64,000 bases of DNA from Octopus bimaculoides. Taxonomy: Eukaryota. The translations under genes and the position numbers were made by a program. Below are positions 25,340 to 38,340 of this stretch, piece by piece. The first letter of the stretch is position 1; the number at the start of each line of letters is the position of its first letter. The notes beneath the pieces are model-generated. The model had not been told where the DNA came from. It made no database searches and saw only the letters and a program-made list of their open reading frames with translations. The stretch covers positions 88,582,554-88,646,553 of the forward strand of contig NC_068989.1 in the NCBI RefSeq assembly GCF_001194135.2. Direction: 5' to 3'.

Positions 25340-25855
25340 GGATGGGAGTAGCTGAAAAGAAGAAGAGATAATAGTGATAGGGTGCCTGAGCAAACCCTAA
25401 AGTGACAAACAGGTGAGCATAGGAGAGGGTGGGGACAGGGGTAGTTTCAAAAGAGTGTGGGGGGAGAGCGACATGGTTGGAGATGGAAGTAGAGAAGAAT
25501 GTATTAAGCGATGAACAAAGGTGGAGGAGGTGTAGCTGATAGTGTAGGAGTGGTGAGGAGGGTGATGTAAAGGTACATAAGGGTAGTTATAAAGAGTGAG
25601 GTGAGATGGTAGATATGAGAGGGGTCAAGAATGATAGCAGATAAGACGAAAACATGGCAGAGAAGAGGGAGAGATAACTGAAGGTATAGAAAGGTGATTG
25701 ATGAAAATAGGGTGGGAACGAATGATGATAAGAATAAGGGGTGGAAGAGTTAGAGGAGGGTGGCAAGGGGGTAACTGGTAGCACAAACAGAGAATGAATG
25801 AGGGCAATGTAATATGTGCTGGTTCTACTCTCAAGTGATTGGAGCTGAGTAATGC
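25340..25855 (-). mobile_element. Highly degenerate purine-skewed repeat, possibly a Penelope 3' region; similar tract at 35710-36240
   Basis: Weak similarity of ITQLQSLE and RWQR..LISAPQTLH to PLE ORF ends. Strong strand skew. Confidence 0.3.
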
Positions 25856-25861
25856 TGTAGT

Positions 25862-26500
25862 CTTTGCATGTCCACTGCATTTGGGGTCAGCATCTCACTG
25901 CCAAGGAGCATTGCTGTTCATACACAAGTATCATACAATCTGCCTTTTACTCTGAGCGAGAGATATTTTGCAGCCAACAGCAGTTGTATCTCTCTGTACT
26001 TTCTCTATCTTATCTTTATTCTGGTAACTATACTTTCAGAACATCCTCCTCCACTGTTAGTTAGGTCATCTAGGTAACAGAAACTGTCTATGACCTCTAG
26101 GCGGCCTCAAGTGCAATTGAGAAAATCTATTTCCTGTGTGTCGTTAGTGCTTAGTGTTCCTGTACATCTTCCACAAACAAACACTACTTTCTCTGTTAAC
26201 TTTCTTGTTATCTCACTGCACTTTTTGTGCATCCATTGCTTACACTGGGTACACCATATGGTATTTCTGCCTATACCTTTCCTGTATTGAGCTAGGCTAT
26301 TTACCAGAAGTAGAGTTCTGTCTGTTTTCTTGCTTACTAGAACTCTGGCCTTAGCTAAGGCAACTTTAAGACCCTTTCATTCTAGTTTTGCTTCCACACC
26401 TGGAATATCCTTTCTAATTCTATTACAGATTTTGTTTTGAGAATGAGATAACCAGCATATGGTGGTTCTCAAGGGCAGCCACTCTTACATTCCTCTGTTA
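25862..26500 (-). mobile_element. Degenerate RTE fragment, same family as 41908-42263. Others at about 26990-27320, 46915-47200, 47750-48420, 63610-64000
   Basis: Minus strand DSFCYL..SGGGCSESIVTRI...LSLRVKGRLYDTCV. Other pieces give QFGF..LYLAFIGLEKAF and RVHQGSDLSVLFIMVL. All contain stops or frameshifts. Confidence 0.85.
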
Positions 26501-26589
26501 CAGCTTTGGAGGACAGTGATGAATAGACTGTCACTAGGGACTGAGAAATGATCCCTAGTGAACTCCTACATGTACCTTAAATTAGTCGT

Positions 26590-26895
26590 ACTCATGGCTC
26601 AGTGGTTAGAGCATCGAGCTTACGCTCGTGAGGTTGTGAGTTCGATTCCCGGACCAGGCTGTGTGTTGTGTTCTTGAGCAAGACAATTTCATGTTGCTCC
26701 AGTTAACTCAGCTGTAGAAATGAGTTGCGACATCACTGGTGCCAAGCTGTATCGGCCCCTTTGCCTTTCCCTTGGATAACACCAGTGGTGTGGAGAGGGG
26801 AGGCTGCTATGCGTGGGCAACAGCTAGTCTTCTATAAACAACCTTGCCCAGACTTGTGCCTCGGAGGGTAACTTTCTAGGTGCAATCCCATGGGG
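26590..26895 (+). mobile_element. tRNA-derived SINE, family D
   Basis: A box TGGCTCAGTGG (26595-26605) and B box GAGTTCGATTCC (26638-26649), followed by a ttcttgagcaagac core. Confidence 0.75.
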
Positions 26896-28199
26896 TCTCC
26901 TCACTCACAGTCAACTTTCACCTTACTGTCAACACCCCTGTACATAGTTTGTATGGTTTTCACAAGTCATTCTTCCATCCCCTGCTTTCACAGAAACTGC
27001 CACATCACAGAGTTCTGAGACTGTTGAAGGCTTTTTCCAGACCAATGAACGCCAAGTACAAAGGTTTGCTTTTAGCTAAATACTTCTCCTGCACAAAACC
27101 AAACTGCATCACATCTAGTCTACTGCTGTTCTTAATTAATTGGGCTATAACTCTCTTTGTAACTTTCCTGATGTGGTCCATCAATTTGATTCCTTTATCA
27201 TTAAAGCTATGTGGACATGGAACATATCTACTGTTAGAGTAGAGAAAACTTAAGAAATCTAAAAATGGCTTCTGGGTGGGAATATTTAGTCTTTGGTTGG
27301 TCAATTCAGATTACATGAGTGCTGCAGTTAGTGACAATACTTTTTTTCATTAAGTTCCTTGTGGTAGTCAGACAGGATACTGGCATCAGTAAGTTGACAT
27401 TTTGAAGATGTGATATTTCAGTGACAACAGTTATGTGAAGAAGTTATATATTAAATTGTGTGACAAGTCATTGTAGGTCATAGTTATAATGGGCAGAATA
27501 GGCAATAATTTTATTATGGATGGCAGGGATTGTATCATCTTGCAACTATGTGTGAGTTAGTTAGGCCTAGGGTGGTATTTCTGAGTTATCAGTGGCTCAT
27601 GGCTTGAAGTTCAATAATGGAGTGTATTTCTGGTGACAATAGGATATGTTGCTTTTCAAACTGATGGATACAGTGAGCTGCTGGAGTATATATAGTTTCT
27701 CATGGAAGCAGTGTTGGCAAATACAAAATCCATGTGAATAAGGAGAGGCCCTGTCAAGGATGCTCTATATGATGTTGGGGAAGTCGTTTCTTTGATCCTA
27801 GAATCTCCAGAAGAAGTGGACAGGGAGGTGAAGTTTTCTCCTTTCCCTACAACTGAAGGAGTGCATGTGATGCATAAATCTTCCCTTGAAAACATTGACT
27901 GTTATACTCATGTAATGACTTGTGATGCCATTGGATAACATGAGGGTTGCTCTATATGTCATGCCCTCTGAGGGGCACTTCTCAGTGTGCAGTAAATGAA
28001 ATTTTAGGTAGTTTCAGATTGGAGTGTGGGGTGAAATGTTATAAGTGATATTATCTAAGCATATATGGCTAACTTTGACGTTATGGTAATTAGAGTTTGA
28101 TATTTCTGGTTTCTTGAGATATGTAGTCGAATAGCTCCAAGTTACATTAATGGAAACATCTAGATTGAATGGAGGTTAAGCTACCTCCAGACAGTAACT

Positions 28200-30300
28200 C
28201 ATTATAATGGGGTGTGGCCGTTTCGAAGATCTCTCTACCTAAGATTGAAAAATCAACTGTTAGGCTCTGTGACTAAATTTCTAATTACAGTTGGGTAGTG
28301 GCTGAAGTTATGGATATAAACAGTTTCGTCGTTGGAATTTCTTTTGGCGTAGTATGTGTATGTGCGTGTACACACACACACACAAACACACATATATGCG
28401 CGTGTGCAGTCTTTCCAAATACTCCGGCTTTTAAAGTTTCACTTCTTCACAATTTCGGTTCATACACCCTAATAAATAAGTCGGGAAGAAAAGTACTACA
28501 CATACACCCATGTATCGAGGGGTATGTCAGCTCTCTTTTCTGTACTGTATACACTAAATGTCGTGCATTAATACATATTTCACGGCATGGCTTAAATAAA
28601 CACAGAATGACCTTAATACTACATAATAACGATAGGTATATATCGTTATGACTTTGTTAAAAGCTAATTTACTATGAATCTATTATTCTTTTAGAGGTAA
28701 TATTTGCACCACTTTCATAATTTATTTCCTCATAAAATAATAGCAACTGTCCATAAATCTAATTTCTTTCTACATCTGCAATTAATACATCTCACTGGAA
28801 ACAGAAGTGTTTTACCTCTCGATTGTGTGTGTATATAGGTTTAGTGGAACACACACACACATTACATATACATAGTGTAATGTATGAAACTCGGTTATAG
28901 CCGCTGTATGTGTGTGGATGTTCGCACGGTGTTTCAACTCTCAATTGTTTGTGGTGTATCTAGGGTAGTAAGTATGTATAAAAATGCGTGAGCGCCCGCG
29001 CGCTGGAAATATGAATTTCACACATTCAGATACTTCGATATAGAAATAGAAAACCTATTTTGATTAGTTTAGTTAGATACGTATATTGTACGCACAGACA
29101 ATATATAAATATTTTTATATAGTATCTGTGAGTAATACAAAAACACTTATTGAATACATAGTGTTTTAGTTCTTAAATTTATGATATCAAATCTCAAAGG
29201 ACATGACAATGAATTTATATTCGATTAATGAAGAAAGTCATTATTTTTTATTTTCCTAGAGGAAGTATTATATTGGCTTAGGCACCTGTCAAAATGTCAA
29301 TCTGAACAAGCTTAGAGAACGAAGTCCACTTTCTAAATAATAAAGTATGTTTTCAAAGAAATTAACGACAATTTCATCGCGAAAGAAATATTACTATTAA
29401 AAAAAAAAGTATATTAAACCAGTAATTATATGGAAGTTTTCGCAATCATTCGGAAGTGAACTCGGTTTATTAAGCTTGTTGACGTTTGCGGACAAAATCT
29501 CAAGTTCTATCTTATATGGCAATATCAACAAAAACAAAACAAAAAATATCGCTTTACCATTCTATCAGTGCATAATCTTGTATTGTAATACGGTTTTAAG
29601 AAAAAGACATTTATTACGTTCTGATTGCACATTAAAAAAAAAAATAACGGTTCAAACCTGTTTTCTTTTTTTTTTTCCCCAACAAGTAATTTGTAAAATG
29701 CCTTGGAAAGAACTAAGATAGAATTCCAACTGAAAAGAATATAATTTCAATATGTGCAATACGTCATTGTTTTGTGAGGTCTTTCCCAGAATCCATTGCG
29801 TTCTAGAGTTGTAGAAGAATCAAAGTAAAATGGCGACTAATGTATATAGTGTTAACTATAGAAAACATAATCGGATAAAATTCTAATAGATATGCTTTTA
29901 TTTTAGTCATCAGCTTATGTTTTTGTTAGAATATGGATTACTAAATCTGATGACAAAGATATTTTTAGTAAATACGGTGTGGTTATCTCAATACCGGTGA
30001 AAATTTAATGAGATCATTCCCCCCCGTTGTTGTGCTTTCTCTTCCTTATGATATTATAACAGTTCCCTCAATTATTATATTTAAATAGTATAAAACAGCT
30101 TCCTTTATAATATTTTTTAACCATTATCCTTATTTCATTTGCTTACATTCAGGAATAACTTTCATTCTTAAACAAACAGACGGTTTAATTGAGGTATTTT
30201 TAAAACAGGGCTATCGAGCCATCTTGCGACAGCGTCATGTGCAACAAGTTCGGCTTAAACCAACAATAGAAAACAGCCACAGTGTGGTTTGTAGTGGACG
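28200..30300. promoter_or_regulatory. Putative shared promoter / 5'-UTR region of the divergent INPP1 and CDK12/13 genes
   Basis: Free of the retroelements that fill the rest of the window and visibly richer in CpG. YY1-like AAAATGGCGAC at 29827-29837. Candidate plus-strand acceptor (polypyrimidine tract, ttcag) at 30151-30152. Confidence 0.5.
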
Positions 30301-31328
30301 ATGCCTGGCACACGAAGCCACAGAGGCCTCGTGTTTGATGAGTTTGATGCACGGGCCTACGCCCATTTGGTGCCATCAAGTTTAAAGAAGCACAAGAAAC
30401 AAAAACACAAATCGAAAAAAAAGCGGATACGTGAAAGAGAGAAATCTAGTTCGTCGACTAAACCATTAGTTGACTATGATGAACTGTCTTCGGATTCCAA
30501 CCTAGAGTCGCCCATTGATTGTGGACCGGCTTCTGGTCACCCGAGCAGCAGGGTTGCGTCGAACCGGGAACGAGACAAGCGGGGACAATCTCCGGCGACA
30601 GCTATCAAGATGTACCTGACTGAGAGAAGTCACAGCAACTCGCCTGCAATGCTGGATAGTAGAAGGAGCCGAAGTAGAAGTCCAACCCCTTATCATCCGC
30701 CAACCCGCAAGAAGAGCAAAAAAAGCCGTCGTTACTCGCCGACTGAATCACATCCACAGCTCCACCAAGCACCTCCACCACTACCCCAGTCACGGTCGAC
30801 TGATCGTGACCGCCTGGACCGACACGACAGAACTTCCTATGTGGAATCAATTTCTTCGCCGAGGAGGTACTGCGAAATTCCGAAGGCCTATGCTGAAGTG
30901 TCCCGGCAAGCATACATTGAAACGCCTAGGGCTTATGCGGAAATCCAGTCTCCAGTAAGGCCCGAACCAGGCTACACTCGAAGTCCCCAATATCATTATC
31001 GCAGTGAAACTCGCGATCATACTATCGGGGCCCAGTCCTCTAGCCGACGACGGAGCCGCAACAGAAAAGGAAACCACAGTCGAACTTTCTCTCCGGAACC
31101 TCCTCCGAGGGCTTACGATGACAATCGTGGTTATACGGATACCCCTAGGGCTTACACAGACACTCCAAGGGCTTACCCGGATCCGCCGAGGGCTTACAAC
31201 GACAGAACACAGTCTTTCGGTTATCGGAACCAAAGGGGTAATAGCCCCATCTCTCCTGCTCGGAAACGGTACAGATCTCGAACACCTAGTCCACCACATC
31301 GAGCCAGGAGAGAAGATACACCGCCAAG
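30301..31328 (+). CDS. CDK12: CDK12/CDK13-family kinase, coding exon 1 (Arg/Ser-rich N-terminus; no kinase domain in this window)
   Basis: KKHKKQKHKSKK followed by KPLVDYDELSSDS matches the CDK12/13 motif KPLVEYDD(I/V)SS. RS/SP-rich, with P[KR]AY motifs as in CDK13. Donor AAG|GTAAGA, phase 2. CDK12 versus CDK13 cannot be decided; invertebrates usually have one co-orthologue. Confidence 0.88.
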
Positions 31329-31729
31329 GTAAGATTAATTAACTATTTTTTATTTATTAAATTTCTCCCCCCCTCCCTTCTTTCTCACAAACACTACAGT
31401 AAAATACATTTTAAACAAGTCATTACATTATATCTACATCTATTTACAGAAACATTTCAAAACATTTACACTGAATTATTTGATAACACACATAAAACCA
31501 CTGGGTTTTCTTTTTCCCCTTGTTTCTCTCTCTCTCTCTGTTCTCTAATCTCCATTTGTTAGTGATACCGGTTTTGTTTTTCGTCTCAAACATTAACTGA
31601 TAACATCCAACTTTTAACTCCACTATCTATACTAACAAATACTATCGACTATATTAAACTCTGTGCATACACACACTCATTCCACAAAATAAGCATAATG
31701 CGTTTTTAGCCTAGTTCTTGGAAGTACAC

Positions 31730-31764
31730 ACACGTATACGGGCATATATGTTTGTGTATGTGTG

Positions 31765-31849
<85 letters not shown>

Positions 31850-31892
31850 GTGTGTGTATATATATGTATATATATGTGTGTGTATATATATG

Positions 31893-31969
<77 letters not shown>

Positions 31970-31970
31970 T
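31730..31970. repeat. Compound (TA)n/(TG)n microsatellite. Similar tracts at 2985-3175, 36310-36570, 51670-51900, 54160-54335
   Basis: Read directly. These tracts produce the spurious YI/HT/CV ORFs in the track. Confidence 0.97.
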
Positions 31971-33791
31971 AGCCTCAACCATCTGCAATATATGTATTTC
32001 ACGTCCATCATAACCATTATTATAGCCAAATGTTGAAAAGCTTTAAAATTATAAACAAAACACAAACGAAATAGGTTAATTACTTAATTATCACTCAACA
32101 CAGTCCTCTCAGTTTTTTTCCTTTTTATGCATAACTAAATATGTGTTGTGTATGATGAATACGAATATATGTCTGTCTCTATTTGAATGTAAGTGTAATT
32201 GTATGTGGGTCTAAGTGGGGTTTTTTTTTAATCACCGCGCGCCGCGTATTTTTAATAAAAGCCAGTAAATTACTAGGATATTGAGAAAATAGAAGGGTTC
32301 TTAATGCACTTGACTGGTGTGTATATTGTTTCTTTGCTGCAAAGTCTTAATGGGAGCGCCAGTTTCTTAAAACAATATTAATACTTGGTTATATAATGAA
32401 ACTTTCAAAAAAATTTGCTGCTATGTCGTAACGCAATTAGCGCCTTTAATAATCGTACTGTCGAATGAAAAAAGGTTGGAAATTATATATATACACATAT
32501 TTGTATGTGTTAATATATATATGTATATAAATAAAAATAAAATAGTGACTGTATAAGTGCATGTTATATAAATGTGTATATACTGTACATATTTATATAA
32601 ATATATACGCAGATATACAGAAAAATNNNNNNNNNNNNNNNNNNNNNNNNNNNNNNNNNNNNNNNNNNNNNNNNNNNNNNNNNNNNNNNNNNNNNNNNNN
32701 NNNNNNNNNNNNNNNNNNNNNNNNNNNNNNNNNNNNNNNNNNNNNNNNNNNNNNNNNNNNNNNNNNNNNNNNNNNNNNNNNNNNNNNNNNNNNNNNNNNN
32801 NNNNNNNNNNNNNNNNNNNNNNNNNNNNNNNNNNNNNNNNNNNNNNNNNNNNNNNNNNNNNNNNNNNNNNNNNNNNNNNNNNNNNNNNNNNNNNNNNNNN
32901 NNNNNNNNNNNNNNNNNNNNNNNNNNNNNNNNNNNNNNNNNNNNNNNNNNNNNNNNNNNNNNNNNNNNNNNNNNNNNNNNNNNNNNNNNNNNNNNNNNNN
33001 NNNNNNNNNNNNNNNNNNNNNNNNNNNNNNNNNNNNNNNNNNNNNNNNNNNNNNNNNNNNNNNNNNNNNNNNNNNNNNNNNNNNNNNNNNNNNNNNNNNN
33101 NNNNNNNNNNNNNNNNNNNNNNNNNNNNNNNNNNNNNNNNNNNNNNNNNNNNNNNNNNNNNNNNNNNNNNNNNNNNNNNNNNNNNNNNNNNNNNNNNNNN
33201 NNNNNNNNNNNNNNNNNNNNNNNNNNNNNNNNNNNNNNNNNNNNNNNNNNNNNNNNNNNNNNNNNNNNNNNNNNNNNNNNNNNNNNNNNNNNNNNNNNNN
33301 NNNNNNNNNNNNNNNNNNNNNNNNNNNNNNNNNNNNNNNNNNNNNNNNNNNNNNNNNNNNNNNNNNNNNNNNATATATATATATATATTAATAGGTTAGT
33401 ATGATCCAAAGATCCTGGTGTAGGAAGCTGGTGAGCTTCAAGCCTGTCTGCAGCTAGTGTAGATGACAAAAGGTGGACAGTATATGAGAAAAAGCATTTG
33501 TTAACCATTGTAAGTTACACACTTTGCTCCATATTGAAATCAATGGACATTTCGATGAGTTGACAGTAACCATACAACTCAGAGTTTAGCAAGTAAAATT
33601 GCTAAAAAAAGCAAATGAAAATCCAACAATGTAACGAATGGGAAAAATAAATAAGAACTACACATGTTTCATAGCTAAAACATTGTTGCTTGACTTAATA
33701 CGGCAGGTTTTATGTGTGTTACAAGTCATGTAACAAACATTGTTTTTGGTATGAAATATTTATAGTTTTTACCTTTACTATTCCTTACTTT

Positions 33792-33830
<39 letters not shown>

Positions 33831-33859
33831 CACTTAAGTTCATTCTGACCAACAATTAC

Positions 33860-33974
33860 TTCCTGTTTGCAGACACATACTTTCGCCAAAAATGTGGTAT
33901 CGTGATGGGTACTAAAGCTGCACCAGTCCTTGCAAACCTCATAATGGGTTTTTTTGAATTAACACTATATGAAA
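33860..33974 (+). mobile_element. Penelope-like element RT fragment
   Basis: YFRQKCGIVMGTKAAPVLANLIMGFFE matches the PLE Q..G..MG...P.LANL.M...E motif. Cut by a gap. Confidence 0.8.
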
Positions 33975-36483
33975 NNNNNNNNNNNNNNNNNNNNNNNNNN
34001 NNNNNNNNNNNNNNNNNNNNNNNNNNNNNNNNNNNNNNNNNNNNNNNNNNNNNNNNNNNNNNNNNNNNNNNNNNNNNNNNNNNNNNNNNNNNNNNNNNNN
34101 NNNNNNNNNNNNNNNNNNNNNNNNNNNNNNNNNNNNNNNNNNNNNNNNNNNNNNNNNNAAGTACCTTGGATCGTAGGGCAACATGCCATGCTTGAGGAGA
34201 CCTATTAATCAAAATCAAATCAAATGGAAATTGTAGTTGTGAGCCGTGTGCCAGTAGCACGTAAAAAGCACCATCTGAACGTGGCCGATGCCAGCACCGC
34301 CTTGACTGGCTTCTGTGCCCGTCGCATGTAAAAAACAACATCCGATCGTGGTCGATACCAGCACCTCTGGCCCCTGTACCAGTGGCAGGTAAAAAGTACC
34401 CACTACACTCTTATAGTGGTTGGCGTTAGGAAGGACATCCAGCTGTAAAAACACTGCCAGATCAGAATGGGGCCTGGTGCAGCCTCCTGGCTTCCCAGAC
34501 CCCAGTCGAACCGTCCAACCCATGCCAGCATGGAAAACGGACATTAAACGATGATGATGATGATATATATATGTATATATATAATGTGATTATTACTAAT
34601 ATCTAAAACAGTTTGATTCAGCCTCATAACAGGAACCTAGCTCATTGGGCTGTTTTAAAAAATAATATATGTAACTTCTACTAAATTTGCTGAGTGCCTC
34701 TTTCTTTCATTTGTCCACTGACTTTATATAGATATATATAGATATAGATATGTATATAAATATATATCTATAAATTATTCTGTTTTACATCTGCTATGTC
34801 GGAATGTGTTTGATGGATTTACTTATCTTTATGTGTTGAAATTTGAGAATCCTCTCGTCTTTCACATTTCATTTTGGCTTGGTTTCTATAGCTGGATACC
34901 CTTCCTAACACCAGTCACTTTACTGAGCATATTGGGTGCTTTTTCCATGCAGTCAGCACTAAAGTAGCTTCATAACCTCATCACAAAGAGTTCTCACAAC
35001 CCTACAGCCCTGCTCTCTCATCAGCCTCTTTATAGAGCGAAAAGCACGAATGACCGTGATTAGAGGGTTATGTGATAGGGAGAGCAGTGGTAAGTGTACT
35101 CAGTATTCTGAGATAGGGATGTATATTTAAGGTCGATCTGACTTAAATGGTAGGGAGGTGCCAAAAGATTGTGAATCTGAGGATAGAGCTGTTGTGGGCA
35201 AACTGCGATCCACGGGACTTTCTGAATTGCATGCCGATGAAAAATTACCTTGAATTTTTTTAATAGTGCTGCCCACCTGGTGATGAGCCATGCTTCACAT
35301 GGTTCACTTCTTGAAAAGGTTGGCCATGCTTGGGATAAAGCAGTGACAGAAGAATGGCAGAGGCCCAAGATGTGAGAGAAAAATTGAATAAGAATATGCT
35401 GATATGGAGTGATGATAGGTAGTACAGGTGGGAGGCATGAAGGTAGAGTGAACTGGGCACAAGGTGGTTCAGAATGGCTACCTGTACATTGGCAATGAGA
35501 TGGGCACTGGTGCTGGTGCCACATATAAAGCACTGGTGCTGGTGCCACATAAAAAGAACCCAGTTCACTTTATAAAGTGGTTGGCTTAAGGAAGGGCATT
35601 CAGCTGTAGAAACCATGCCAGAACAGACACTGGAGCTTGGTGCAGCCCCTGTCAAACTGTTCAACCCACGTTAGCATGGAAAATGGATGTTAAATGATGA
35701 TGATGATGGGCCAGAGCGGGTTTGAGTGGTGGTAGGGTGAATGCCAAGTAAGTGGACCCTGTAGATCCTGGACCAGAGAATAGCATAAAGGAGTGATGAG
35801 GAGGAAGTGAGACCAAGTGCAGTGGCATTCTTATTGGAAGCAATGGAAGCAGCAGAAGAGATTCACCACCTTCTGCAGTCATACTGGAGCATAGGTAGTG
35901 TGAGATATAAGAAGAGAATGGAGTGATTGAGAGATGCACCATAAGTAGAGTGAGCAGTAGACAAGGAATGAAGGTAGGGGTGAACAGGCAATGTGTAATA
36001 AGGTCAGAGGGAAGTGAGTGCAATGTCTGGGGAGCAGAAATGAGAACCGTTGCCATCTTTTAATCTTACTGACAGCAATATACAATGTAATTGATAAAAG
36101 GAAAGAGGAAGAGATGAGTAATAGGGGCATGGATGGAGAGGACATGTATGACAGTATGAGTAATATCCAGACAGGGTGGGGCGTGTATGTGTGTTGCTAG
36201 GAACAAGAGATAGAGAGGTGAGAGGCTATCAAGAGGTCATCATAAGACTAAGCAGTTGGTAGATAGATAGTCACGCAAACACATGTGCACATAGGTACAT
36301 AGATATGTCTCGTGGTACATACCTGTATATATATATATTCAAGTGTATATATGTATATATGTGTGTGTATATATTTATATATGTATGTGTGTATATATAT
36401 ATATATATGTATATAATATATGTGTGTATGTGTATATATATATATGTATGTGTATATAATGTGTATATGTATATATATGTGTG

Positions 36484-36526
<43 letters not shown>

Positions 36527-36529
36527 GTA

Positions 36530-36562
<33 letters not shown>

Positions 36563-37959
36563 GTATGATTTAAATGTGTGTATGTGATCAAATAAAAACA
36601 GGGAAAAGACAACAGAAATCAATTAGATGTTCCCAGTGACTCTATCAGATTGATGCTCAGTGAAAGGTTCAGATGGGAAAATAGTGGAAACGAGTAGCAG
36701 TGAGGGGACTTAGCCGTAGGAAGAGGAGGAGGAGAAGTAAGAAAAAGGGCACTGTCAGGGAGGAGGAAGAAGGGAGGTGTAAGGGTTACAGAAAGACTCC
36801 CAATCAGTGTACTCTGAGGGAATGCAAAGGTGTAACATAATCTAAGTGTAAATAAAGTTGATTCAGGAATTAAATATATTAAATGATTGACATAGAAGAT
36901 CCGTGTGAGAGTAGGATAACAGGCAAATAAAAACAGGAAGTCAATTTATATATCTTTATATATTATCATCATCATCATCATCATAACACCCACTTTTCCA
37001 TGCCTGCATGGGTCAGGTGAAATTTTTGTCCCGAGTCACATTTTTATATGGCTGAATGCCCTTCCTGTGTTGCCAATCCTCTCCTGTTTTCATGAAAGGT
37101 TGGAGATGGACACCACTTGTATGATGGTGACACTTGCTTACAACTATCAACATACACACTCACAGACATGCATATATACATATATATATAGGTATATATN
37201 NNNNNNNNNTTTTAAAATGAATGTCTTTTAAAACATTATATTACATTTCAATTTCTATCTTACAATTAACTAAATTCGCATAGAATAATGGTGTCATATT
37301 TTTTTTATAATTAAGATCTAAACTGTTAATATATGAATGCAAAAGAGATAGTTGAATAACTGTAAACCTACTTTTGGGTTACTCTGTATGTATATATATC
37401 ATCATCATCATCATCGTTTAACGTCCGCTTTCCATGCTAGCATGGGTTGGACGATTTGATTGAGGACTGGTGAAACCAGATGGCTACACCAGGCTCCAAT
37501 CTGATTTGGCAGAGTTTCTACAGCTGGATGCCCTTCCTAACGCCAACCACTCAGAGAGTGTAGTGGGTGCTTTTACGTGTCACCCGCACGAAGGCCAGTC
37601 AGGCGGTATATGTTGAGGCCTTTTGCAGGCAATGACCAAGACCTTTGGCTTTATGTCATGCTTGAGAAGAAGACCCAAGCCGAGCAGATACCAGTGTCAT
37701 TCAAGTTGGCACCTGTGCCAGTGGCATGTAAACGCACCCCAGTGTCACGCAAATGGCACCCATGCTGGTGGCATATAAAAGCACCTATTACACACTTGGA
37801 GTGGTTGACATTAGGAATGCTTAGAACAAAGTGGTGAAATTTGATCTGAAGATGTTGTCCAGGAGAGCTGCCACAAAGAACAATAGTTCTAATACAATTC
37901 CCCAAGGGGACTCACAATTAATGTAATTAATATCTCTTCTGCAAGAGTAACATTTGCCA

Positions 37960-38340
37960 CAGCTACCTAACATCTACCTTTTCAAAAGTCTTGAAGCCTC
38001 TCCTGTAGTTTCATTTTGTGACATTTCATTTCAAGATCAACTTTATTGAAGGCCTTCTCAAAGTTGACACATATCACATTTGTATTTGATTGAGCTGCAG
38101 ATGTTTTGGCAGCTCCTACCTGGATAGAAGCTCTGTTGTATGTTAGTGAATAAATAATTTCTTCTGAGAAATCAGCTTCCCTTGATAATTCATTCCATGA
38201 TTTTACTGAAATCAGAAAGATAGGCATATAATTTTTAGTTTCTGCTCTGCTCTGTTCTCTTTGAATGAAGCATATTATGACTTCTTTTAACTTTTGGGGG
38301 AGTTTACCACTTGCAAGGAAACTGGTAAAATATGATGCTA
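37960..38340 (-). mobile_element. Degenerate CR1/L2-type reverse transcriptase fragment
   Basis: SGKLPQKLKEVII...KNYMPIFLIS...VICVNFEKAFNKV matches RT domains 1-3 (NYRPISL...DF.KAFD.V). Confidence 0.7.

Noticed and set aside
26590-26660. tRNA-like heads as true tRNA genes (also 57630-57693, 61700-61778)
   Set aside because: The cloverleaf stems are incomplete and the sequences continue into SINE bodies with no oligo-T terminator.
27330-28200. Possible degraded LINE endonuclease region (similar tracts at 24330-24800 and 60300-61300)
   Set aside because: Only faint motif traces, such as RGLLQGT near 24460. They cannot be classified by eye.
31677-32065. Many overlapping YI/HT/CV-rich ORFs here and at about 2750-3480, 36250-36620, 51600-52015, 54110-54560
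   Set aside because: Translations of dinucleotide microsatellites.
32561-33508. Long ORFs spanning N runs (also 4052-4829, 42069-42980, 62530-63694)
   Set aside because: Open only because of assembly gaps.
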